A stretch of 64,000 bases of DNA from Candidatus Multivoradales bacterium. GTDB lineage: Bacteria; Acidobacteriota; Thermoanaerobaculia; Multivoradales; Multivoraceae. The position numbers and the translations under genes were made by a program. Of the stretch, positions 50,001 through 57,402 are shown one piece after another. The notes beneath the pieces were generated by a model, which did not search any database, was not told where the DNA came from, and saw only the letters and a list, made by a program, of their open reading frames with translations. Position 1 is the first letter of the stretch. Each line of letters opens with the position of its first letter. Location: contig CBDCWI010000002.1 of NCBI GenBank assembly GCA_965223325.1, forward strand, positions 2,048,001 to 2,112,000, in the 5' to 3' direction.

Positions 50001-50128
50001 AGGGCCGGCTGCGCGGCGGCGTCTACCACACCATAAAGAGCGACGCCCAGGGCAATGGCGGTAGCGATCGCCATGACCGCTGTTCGAGCGGAGTGTCGAA
50101 GCGTTGTCGAGCTGCGCGGTCGGATCAT
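47087..50128 (-). CDS. GH3 beta-N-acetylglucosaminidase fused to serine hydrolase/beta-lactamase-like domain (NagZ-AmiE-like)
   Basis: KHFPGHG...DSH, SDAL; C-terminal SLTK (SxxK), LLTHSSG, YSD, GHTGFTG. Confidence 0.92.
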   Translation of the reverse strand: MIRPRSSTTLRHSARTAVMAIATAIALGVALYGVVDAAAQPALGQESTPSQVEKAVPWFGDRLEDGVDQQWAEQTLATLSLEEKVGQLLLPRVFGRFYAEGNADLQEVLELAREGKVGGAVLFAGEPYGTRRVVERLRDASKVAPLIASDYEWGTAMRVDGATRFPRAMAYGAIANSSDAESAIRTQGTITAREARAMGVSILLAPVLDRVTDLANRAIATRSFGADPERVALLGAAFIEAAQAEGVLTVAKHFPGHGPTTVDSHVALPRVDLSHAQLESELEPFRRAIDAGVAGLMPAHLAIPALDGAAERPISRSPEVLGGLLRGELGFSGLVVSDALEMVGASGEGRVPVGELEIEALLAGIDVLLLPAEPRAAHAALVKAAKSGRLPMERLDDAVRRVLLAKAFVRRVGSEPPVRTSTEDPAELESSVGLSSWSGVGARVAEQSITLLEDSGGFPLASRTPPAVTSIEVLPPRAAGVSAAPLERALRARAARVDVVRTTPGGLDSAVRQLLAEPGERLAAETVVLLAWFVEKPDAPRAALTELAERGNPLVVASFYDPRAALVPAQAAFEAAPERSTVRLLAWDTSPASQRALVGALFGEAAITGRTPVALGGSGDGAAWPIGTGLERQPTAGAFTVAGVSGAGFDTARAVLEQAVLDKVTPGAVAVVGHRGEVVFAAAVGRQTYDADSPAIEIESLWDLASLTKVIVTTTLAMYEVERGRLDLDAPLERYLPEWNAAADDPRRHLVKVRDLLTHSSGILWWTDLWARHGVLEPEEARAAYLDEIFALPLAYDPGTRTEYSDLGIMLLGEVLVRLSGKPLDQLARERIFAPLGMHNTMFTPGAAELARIPPTEIDQKFRGRQVHGEVHDENAAGLGGVAPHAGLFSTGPDLARFAQAMLSGGVLDGRRILNGATVTRFTTRVGGDAGVPESSRALGWDTPSAPSSSGCCFGPGSYGHTGFTGTSLWLDPGRELFVVLLTNRVHPTRDNTRIRQLRPAFHDAVGSALEGR

Positions 50129-50532
50129 GCCTTCGCCTGCAGCACCATCTGGGTCTGCACAACGAGAGCGACAGGCTTGCCGTCGGTCCTCGTCAGGCGC
50201 GTTTGCCAGACCATGGTGCGGCGGCCGCGGTGAATCGGCGTGCTCTCGCCGGTCACCACCTCACCGAGCGGCGCGGCGCGCAGGAAGTTGGTTTTCGACT
50301 CGAGGGTCGTGGTGGTCGCGCCGGCCGGCAGGTTGAGCACGGTCGCGGTGGCGCCCAGGGTGTCAGCGAAGGCCATGATGGCGCCGCCATGGAGAATCTC
50401 ACCCACCGTGCAGATCTCCTGGCGCACGAGGAGCGTCGCAACCACTCGGTCGACCGTCACCTCCGTGAACTCGAGTCCCAAGGTGCCCGGCATGCGGTCT
50501 GCCATCATCTGAGTCAATTGGCCTGGATCCAT
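50125..50532 (-). CDS. PaaI family thioesterase
   Basis: LHGGAIMAFADT, ESKTNF, HRGRRT; start set at MDPGQL. Confidence 0.9.
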   Translation of the reverse strand: MDPGQLTQMMADRMPGTLGLEFTEVTVDRVVATLLVRQEICTVGEILHGGAIMAFADTLGATATVLNLPAGATTTTLESKTNFLRAAPLGEVVTGESTPIHRGRRTMVWQTRLTRTDGKPVALVVQTQMVLQAKA

Positions 50533-50666
50533 CGAACGTTCCTCTCGCACTCTTGCTGTGCTTCGGGTGGGCGATTGGGCTTCGACCGATCCTCGCACAG
50601 ACTCACGGCCTCGAGAGTTGCCCCTAAGGTCCAACGAGGCACGACAACCTTGCAGCCCCTTCTACC

Positions 50667-52196
50667 TTGCTGACCCTTCTCGACCACGCCGTCCTGCTGG
50701 CCTACCTCGCCGTCGTCGCCGCGGTGGGGCTCTTCGCTTCGCGTGGCCAGCGCGACGGCGAGGACTATCTGCTGGCGTCGCGACGCATTCCCTGGTGGGC
50801 GGTGGGCATCTCGATCGTGGCAACCGAAACCAGCGCCCTGACGTTCCTCGGTGCACCGATCCAGTCGCTGCGCGGTGACTGGACCTACCTGCAGCTCACC
50901 GTCGGCTCGGCGATCGGGCGCCTGGGCGTCGCCTTCTTGTTGCTCGGCCTCTACTATCGCGCCGAGGTGGTGACGGTCTACGACTGGCTGGGGCTGCGTT
51001 TCGGCCCCCTCACCCGCAACTTGTCGACCGGCCTGTTCTTCGTCGGCCGCTTGCTGGGCAGTGGCGTTCGACTCTACGGCGGCGCCATCGCCCTGGTCGT
51101 GGTCGCCGGAATGCCCTTCCCCATCGCCATCTTCGCCATCGCCGGGGTCGCGGTGCTCTACACCCTGATGGGTGGCCTGCGCTCTGTCATCTGGACCGAC
51201 GCGGTACAGGGGGTCCTGCTGCTGCTCGGCGTCGTCCTGGCGATCGTCTGGCTTTCACGCGGCGAGGGTCTCTTCGCGCTGCTCGACGCCGCCGCGGATG
51301 TGACCGTTTCAGCCGACGGTGCCACCAAGACCAGGCTCATCAACCCGACCCTCAATCCGGCCGTCGCCTACACCCTCTTCGCCGGCGTCATCGGAAGCGC
51401 CGTCTTGACCCTTTCGACCCACGGCACCGACCAGGACCTCGTGCAACGAACGCTGGCGTGCACAGACGTCAAGGAAGCGCGACGCGGCATGGTGCTTTCG
51501 GCAGTCATCATCGTGCCCCTGACGCTCCTCTTTCTGATCGCTGGCACCCTGCTGTGGACCCACTACGGGGGTGACGAGGGCGCGGCGCGCGCGGCGGCGC
51601 TGATCGCCACAGAACATGGCCTGGCCAACGGTGCACAAGGGTATGACTTCCTGTTCGCCCGCACCCTGGTCGACCTGTTGCCCGCCGGACTGCGCGGCCT
51701 GGTGCTGGCCGCCGTCCTGGCCACTGCCATGTCGAGCCTCGACTCGGCGATGGCGGCCCTCTCGAGCACCGCGGTCACCGCCCGACGGCCCGCCGGCGCC
51801 AAGATCGATGACGCGCTTGCACTGGCCACCGGCCGGCGTTACGCGTTGTTCTTCGGCGCGATCCTGGTGGCCGTCGCCCTGGTGGTCTGGCAACGAGAGG
51901 CCGGGGGCTCATCGGCCGAGGGCTTCGGCATCCTCCGCCTCGGTTTGCAGGTACTGAGCTGGATCTTCCCGCCACTCCTCGGAGTCGTCCTGGTGGGTGC
52001 ATTGACCAACCATCGCGGCTCCGACCGCGGCAACCTGCTGGCCCTCTCGGTTTCCATCGGCACCCTCCTTCTGATCGAGATGCTGCCCGGCTGGACCGGC
52101 CAACCCACCCCCTTCGCCTGGACCTGGAACCCGATCATCGGCTGCTCAATGTCCGCTGCCATCGCCTCGTGCTTCAGCGGAAAAGAGCGAACTTGA
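50667..52196 (+). CDS. Sodium:solute symporter family transporter
   Basis: SIVATETSALTF, GGLRSVIWTD, GTDQDLVQR, AMSSLDS. Confidence 0.93.
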   Translation: MLTLLDHAVLLAYLAVVAAVGLFASRGQRDGEDYLLASRRIPWWAVGISIVATETSALTFLGAPIQSLRGDWTYLQLTVGSAIGRLGVAFLLLGLYYRAEVVTVYDWLGLRFGPLTRNLSTGLFFVGRLLGSGVRLYGGAIALVVVAGMPFPIAIFAIAGVAVLYTLMGGLRSVIWTDAVQGVLLLLGVVLAIVWLSRGEGLFALLDAAADVTVSADGATKTRLINPTLNPAVAYTLFAGVIGSAVLTLSTHGTDQDLVQRTLACTDVKEARRGMVLSAVIIVPLTLLFLIAGTLLWTHYGGDEGAARAAALIATEHGLANGAQGYDFLFARTLVDLLPAGLRGLVLAAVLATAMSSLDSAMAALSSTAVTARRPAGAKIDDALALATGRRYALFFGAILVAVALVVWQREAGGSSAEGFGILRLGLQVLSWIFPPLLGVVLVGALTNHRGSDRGNLLALSVSIGTLLLIEMLPGWTGQPTPFAWTWNPIIGCSMSAAIASCFSGKERT

Positions 52197-52204
52197 CGGC
52201 GTAG

Positions 52205-52311
52205 CACCCAAGGAATCCCAGAACCACCCCAGTCAATCGCCCGGGAAACGCCCGGGAAACGCCCGGCGTGGGCCCGGGAAACGCCCGGGGAACGCCCGGC
52301 GTGGGCCCGGG
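52205..52311. repeat. Intergenic element copy B: 34-bp head plus 7 x GCCCGG(G/C) at 11-bp period
   Basis: Repeats at 52239, 52250, 52261, 52272, 52283, 52294, 52305; head matches 12386-12419; preceded by GTAG. Confidence 0.85.
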
Positions 52312-52390
52312 CCGGGGGCAGGATTGCGCGAGCTGAGATACGCTTCGTGGCATCAGTCAATACGAGTTGATGACAGTCAGGGGGGGAATC

Positions 52391-52558
52391 ATGCTTCGTT
52401 GGGCACTCATCTTTCTGGTCCTCGCACTGGTCGCCGGACTGTTCGGCTTTGGCGGTATCGCGGCTGGAGCGGCGGGCATCGCGAGGATTCTCTTTGTCGT
52501 GTTCCTTGTGGTCTCGCTGGTTTCGCTGATCATGAACTTCGCCCGCAGCGCGACCTGA
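52391..52558 (+). CDS. DUF1328 (YtjA-like) small membrane protein
   Basis: [35 protein letters not shown]. Confidence 0.93.
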   Translation: MLRWALIFLVLALVAGLFGFGGIAAGAAGIARILFVVFLVVSLVSLIMNFARSAT

Positions 52559-52641
52559 GCCCACCGCCGAACCTGTTGGCACCCTCGCCTGGCTTCGCCG
52601 CGCGCTAACCTCCGAGCCTCACCACCTGAGGGACTCGAGGG

Positions 52642-53709
52642 ATGCCGAAGAAGAAGGTCGCCGCCACGGTGCCGCGGCTTGCGCGCACCGCCAACCAGGA
52701 AACAAGGAGCATCGAGGAGCGTTTCGCACTCGAGCTCGAAGCTCTGGCGCCACTCGCTCGAATCGTCGAGGCCGACGTCACCAGCGTTGACGCATTCCTC
52801 GAAACCGCCCACGACGCCGACGCGGTCCTCACGTCGTGGGGCTTCAAGCTCAGCCGCGACGTCCTCGAGCGGCTCGAGAAGTGCTCGGTGATTGGGGTGG
52901 GCAGTGTTGGCGTCGACATGGTGGACGTCGACGCGGCCACCGACCTGGGGATCGTGGTGACCAACGTCCCTGATGTCTTTATCGAGGAAGTCGCCGACCA
53001 CACGATGGCACTGCTGCTTGCCCTGGCCCGTCGGGTCAAGCTGATGGACAAACTGGCGCAGGAGGGCGAGTGGTACCAGGGGCGACCGACGCTCGACCAG
53101 GTGCCGCGACTCTTCGGCCAAACGCTCGGTTTGATTGCCTACGGCAACGTCGCGCGCGCCGTTGCTCGTCGTGCTCGTGGTTTCGGGCTGCGGATCGTGG
53201 CGCACGACCCCTACCTCTCCGAACTCACCATGACGACCGACGGCGTCGAGCCTGTGTCTTTGCCCGAGTTGCTCGAGCGCGCGGACTACATTTCGATGCA
53301 CGCGCTGCTCAACAACGAAACTCGCCACCTGCTCGGGGAGAAGGAGTTCGAATTGATGAAAGAAGGCGCGGCGCTCATCAACTGCGGTCGCGGCCCGACC
53401 ATCGATGAGCAGGCGATGATCGCGGCACTCGACAGCGGTCGCCTGGCGGGAGCGGCGCTCGACGTGCTCGAGCAAGAACCGCCCGACCCGCAGAACCCGT
53501 TGCTCGGCCGCAACAACGTCGTGCTCACACCACACGTCGCCTCGGCGACTACCCGCATGCGTCCCGAGGTCAGGCGGCGCGTCGGTCGCGAGGTTGCCCT
53601 CGTACTGAAAGGTCGCTGGCCGCGCAGTCCGGTCAACCCCACCGTCCTGCCGCGCACTCCGTTGGTCCGCTGGCAGCCGCACTCGATGGAGCGCGGCCCC
53701 AATCGCTAG
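52642..53709 (+). CDS. D-isomer-specific 2-hydroxyacid dehydrogenase (CtBP-like)
   Basis: VTNVPD...EEVADH, LGLIAYGNVA, INCGRG, LDVLEQEP, TPHVA. Confidence 0.93.
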   Translation: MPKKKVAATVPRLARTANQETRSIEERFALELEALAPLARIVEADVTSVDAFLETAHDADAVLTSWGFKLSRDVLERLEKCSVIGVGSVGVDMVDVDAATDLGIVVTNVPDVFIEEVADHTMALLLALARRVKLMDKLAQEGEWYQGRPTLDQVPRLFGQTLGLIAYGNVARAVARRARGFGLRIVAHDPYLSELTMTTDGVEPVSLPELLERADYISMHALLNNETRHLLGEKEFELMKEGAALINCGRGPTIDEQAMIAALDSGRLAGAALDVLEQEPPDPQNPLLGRNNVVLTPHVASATTRMRPEVRRRVGREVALVLKGRWPRSPVNPTVLPRTPLVRWQPHSMERGPNR

Positions 53710-53766
53710 CGGGGCTCGTGATTTGCGCTGCTCGGTTGGAGGTCGTGGTTTGGTAGGCGGTGCTGG

Positions 53767-55200
53767 TTGATGTGCTGTGTCGAGGATGCGATAGGTCGTT
53801 TATCACGAGCCCCGCTAGCATCACCTTTGCCGCGCAAGCGTTTCGTAACGCGACCGATTTCTAGCGATCTCGCTTGGCAGGAACGACCCCGAACTGCAGT
53901 GACCCGTCGCGCGCGGCGGATTCGTGCCTTCGATGGAAAGGAGTTACCGAGGAGCCTGCAGGATGGGAGCTGCGCTACGAGCTGCGGCCTCGAAAGCCGC
54001 TTCCCACGAACTCCGCTCGCATCACACTTGCCGCGCAAGCCTTTCGTAACGCGGCCGATTTCTAGCGATCTCGCTTGGCAGGAACGACCCCGAACTGCAG
54101 TGACCCGTCGCGCGCGGCGGATTCGTGCCTTCGATGGAAAGGGGTTACCGAGGAGCCTGCAGGATGGGAGCTGCGCTACGAGCTGCGGCCTCGAAAGCCG
54201 TAACCCACGAACTCCGCTCGCATCACACTTGCCGCGCAAGCCTTTCGTGACGCGGCCGATTTCTAGCGATCTCGCTTGGCAGGAACGACCCCGAACTGCA
54301 GTGACCCGTCGCGCGCGGCGGATTCGTGCCTTCGATGGAAAGGGGCTCCCGAGGAGCCTGCAGGATGGGAGCTGCGCTACGAGCTGCGGCCTCGAAAGCC
54401 GTAACCCACGAACTCCGCTCGCATCACACTTACCCCGCAAGCCTTTCGTAACGCGGCCGATTTCTAGCGATCTCGCTTGGCAGGAACGACCCCGAACTGC
54501 AGTGACCCGTCGCGCGCGGCGGATTCGTGCCTTCGATGGAAAGGGGCTCCCGAGGAGCCTGCAGGATGGAAGCTGCGCTACGAGCTGCGGTCTCGAAAGC
54601 CGTAACCCACGAACTCCGCTCGCATCACACTTACCGCGCAAGCCTTTCGTAACGCGGCCGATTTCTAGCGATCTCGCTTGGCAGGAACGACCCCAAACTG
54701 CAGTGACCCGTCGCGCGCGGCGGATTCGTGCCTTCGATGGAAAGGGGCTCCCGAGGAGCCTGCAGGATGGAAGCTGCGCTATGGACTGCGGCCTCGAAAG
54801 CCGCTTCCCACGAACTCCGCTCGCATCACACTTGCCGCGCTATCGCCACGTGACGCGGCCGATTGCCAGCGATCTCGCCTGGCAGGAGCGATCCCGAACT
54901 GCAGTGACCCGTCGCGCGCGGCGGATTCGTGCCTTCGATGGAAAGGGGCTCCCGAGGAGCCTGCAGGATGGAGGCTGCGCTATGGACTGCGGCCTCGAAA
55001 GCCGCTTCCCACGAACTCCGCTCGCATCACACTTGCCGCGCTATCGCCACGTGACGCGGCCGTTTTCTAGCGATCTCGCTTGGCAGGAACGACCCCGAAC
55101 TGCAGTGACCCGTCGCGCGCGGCGGATTCGTGATTCCGATGGAAGGGGGCTCCCGAGGAGCCTGCAGGATGGGAGCTGGGCGGTAGGGGTGTTTCGTTGA
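53767..55200 (+). other. Open frame through the array (7 x 67-aa repeat); coding status doubtful
   Basis: Uninterrupted 477-codon frame; TGA overlaps the TTG of the next gene; Arg-rich with atypical codons and no recognisable domain. Confidence 0.3.
53804..55178. repeat. Tandem array of about 6.8 x 201-bp units
   Basis: Equivalent GA(A/G)CGA site at 53881, 54082, 54283, 54484, 54685, 54886, 55087: exact 201-bp period with no indels; no unique spacers. Confidence 0.97.
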
Positions 55201-55838
55201 GCGCAGCTGCCTTTCTAGGCTTCCTGGGTGCGAGTCTCGCCATCGCCCTTTCGCCAGGGCCGAGCTGGTTCTACGTCATGGCGGCGACGCTTGCCAACGG
55301 GCGGCGCGGCGGACGCCTGGCGACGTTCGGCAACGCAGTCGGCATTCTCGTTCATGTCGTCGCCGTCGCAACCGGCATCGCCGCCCTCTTGCAGGTCTAC
55401 CCGGCGGCGTTTCAGGCCCTTAAGTGGGCCGGCGTTGCCTTTCTGGGTTGGCTCGGCCTCCGCACCTTCATGCAACCGCCGGTCGAGGTCGACCTCGACG
55501 AAGCCGACGTCGGACGCGTCGGTGAGAAAAGCGGCGCAGGCATCTTTCGCGACGGGGTGCTGATGGCGGTTCTCAACCCCAAAATCGCTGTCTTGATGCT
55601 CGCCCTCCTGCCACAGTTCGTCGACTTCGACTCCTGGGCGCTTCCCCAGATTGCAACGCTCGGCACGATTCACGTTCTAGTCGCGAGTATCACCCTGACG
55701 ATCGTCGCGACCTTCACCGTCGCCATCGAACAGCGCCTGCGCGACTCACCGGCCTGGGCCCGCGCCCTCCAGTGGACGACAGGAGCGGCGCTCCTCGGTT
55801 TCGCCATTGCACTCGCGCTCCTCGGCACCTCGCTCTGA
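55197..55838 (+). CDS. LysE/RhtB family translocator
   Basis: LSPGP, GRRGG, LKWAG..FL.WLG, FRDG...LNPK, LPQFV. Confidence 0.93.
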   Translation: MSAAAFLGFLGASLAIALSPGPSWFYVMAATLANGRRGGRLATFGNAVGILVHVVAVATGIAALLQVYPAAFQALKWAGVAFLGWLGLRTFMQPPVEVDLDEADVGRVGEKSGAGIFRDGVLMAVLNPKIAVLMLALLPQFVDFDSWALPQIATLGTIHVLVASITLTIVATFTVAIEQRLRDSPAWARALQWTTGAALLGFAIALALLGTSL

Positions 55839-55927
55839 CGAGTCCCGACGAACTCTGGAGGGCCCCGAGAGAGAGCTGTATGCTCGCCTCCGTTTCCCCC
55901 CCTTTTTCGTGACCGCAAGGCGACCGA

Positions 55928-56527
55928 ATGGCGACTCTCGAGTTCTTCTATGACTGCAGCAGTCCGTGGACCTATCTGGCGTTCGACCGCATCGAAGCGG
56001 TGGCCACGGAGGCCGGTGCCGAACTGGTGTGGAAGCCGATCCTCGTTGGCGGCGTCTTCAACACCGTCAACCCGAGCGTGTACGCAGCGCGCGAGAAACC
56101 GGTTCCCGCTAAAGCCGCCTATTCCCGGAAGGACCTTGCCGACTGGGCGCGCTATCAGGGCCTTCAAATCTCGTGGCCGGAAGTCTTCCCGGTGAACTCG
56201 GTCAAGGCGATGCGCGCCGCGATCGTGGCCGAACCACTGGGACTGATCAGCCGCTGGTCGCGGGCGGTGTTCGAGGCCTACTGGGGAGAGGGTCGTGACA
56301 TTTCCCAGGTCGCGGTGCTACAGGCCCTCGCCGCCATCGTAGGGCTACCCGCCGAGAAACTCGAAGAGATCGAGCGGCAGGAGATCAAACAGGCCCTCCG
56401 TGACAACACCGAAGAGCTGATCGCGCGCGGCGGCTTCGGCTCGCCGACCATCTTCGTTGACCGCACAGACATGTACTTCGGCAACGACCGCATCCCGCTA
56501 GTACGCGCGGCAATCGGGCTGCGCTGA
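55928..56527 (+). CDS. 2-hydroxychromene-2-carboxylate isomerase / DsbA-like protein
   Basis: FFYDCSSPWTYL, FPVNS, FGSPT, YFGNDR. Confidence 0.93.
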   Translation: MATLEFFYDCSSPWTYLAFDRIEAVATEAGAELVWKPILVGGVFNTVNPSVYAAREKPVPAKAAYSRKDLADWARYQGLQISWPEVFPVNSVKAMRAAIVAEPLGLISRWSRAVFEAYWGEGRDISQVAVLQALAAIVGLPAEKLEEIERQEIKQALRDNTEELIARGGFGSPTIFVDRTDMYFGNDRIPLVRAAIGLR

Positions 56528-56556
56528 GGTACGCCCGCTAGAGAAGGAAACGAACG

Positions 56557-57249
56557 ATGGACCACGAGCACTACACCGATCTCACCCAGGTTGCACCGAA
56601 CATATGGTGTGCAGAGGGGCCAGTCTCCCCCGCACCGGGCTTCAGCATGGCAACCCGCATGACGGTCATTCGTCTTGCCGACGACACGCTCTGGGTTCAT
56701 TCCCCACTTCTCATGCCCGACCCGCTGGTGCGGGCGGTCGAAGCCCTGGGCGAGGTTTCGCACGTCGTGGCGCCCAACCTCTTCCACCACCTCTATCTCA
56801 AGTACGCCCAACAACACTGGCCCGACGCACAGTTCTGGGGACCTGCCGGTCTCGACGACAAACGAGACGACGTGCGCTTCGATCACGAACTCACGGAGGG
56901 CGACCACTGGGACGGCCAGTTCCTCGTTCTGCCAATCGCCGGCATGCCGAAGTTCCGCGAGTGGGTCTTCTTTCATCAACCCTCGGGCACCCTCGTCGTC
57001 ACCGACCTGGTCTTCAACGAGCCGCAGGCTCACAACGGCATGACCGGCTTCTTCTTCCGACTCGCCGGCACGCGCGGCAAACTCGCCTTGAGCAGGCTCT
57101 TCAACAGCCAGGTCAAAGACAAGCAGGCGTTTCTCGCCAGCTGCGGCCGTCTGCACGAGCTCGAGATCGAGCGCGTCGTCATGGCGCACGGGAAGATCCT
57201 CGAAGACGACGCCCGCGCTCGCTTCTGCAGCGTTTGCCCACAGGGCTAG
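56557..57249 (+). CDS. DUF4336 family (MBL-like) protein
   Basis: RMTVIRL, LWVHSP, VAPNLFHH, EWVFFHQPSGTLVVTDL, MAHG. Confidence 0.88.
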   Translation: MDHEHYTDLTQVAPNIWCAEGPVSPAPGFSMATRMTVIRLADDTLWVHSPLLMPDPLVRAVEALGEVSHVVAPNLFHHLYLKYAQQHWPDAQFWGPAGLDDKRDDVRFDHELTEGDHWDGQFLVLPIAGMPKFREWVFFHQPSGTLVVTDLVFNEPQAHNGMTGFFFRLAGTRGKLALSRLFNSQVKDKQAFLASCGRLHELEIERVVMAHGKILEDDARARFCSVCPQG

Positions 57250-57402
57250 CCGGAGGCCAGGCTCCTCCCCCGCCCGCAGATAGACTTCGGGTTCTTGCAC
57301 TCAACCTGACGCCAGGAAGGCCGCCGGCTGCCCAGCTCGATCCATTGCCCGGGACAACACTCGAGACCGAGCGCGCCGACAAGAACAGGAGGACCTCCGC
57401 TC

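Noticed and set aside
53706-54641. Minus-strand 311-aa repeat ORF
   Set aside because: The same frame has TAG stops in copies 6-7, it starts mid-array, and it has no recognisable domain.
53804-55178. CRISPR array interpretation
   Set aside because: Whole 201-bp units are near-identical, with no unique spacers and no cas genes.
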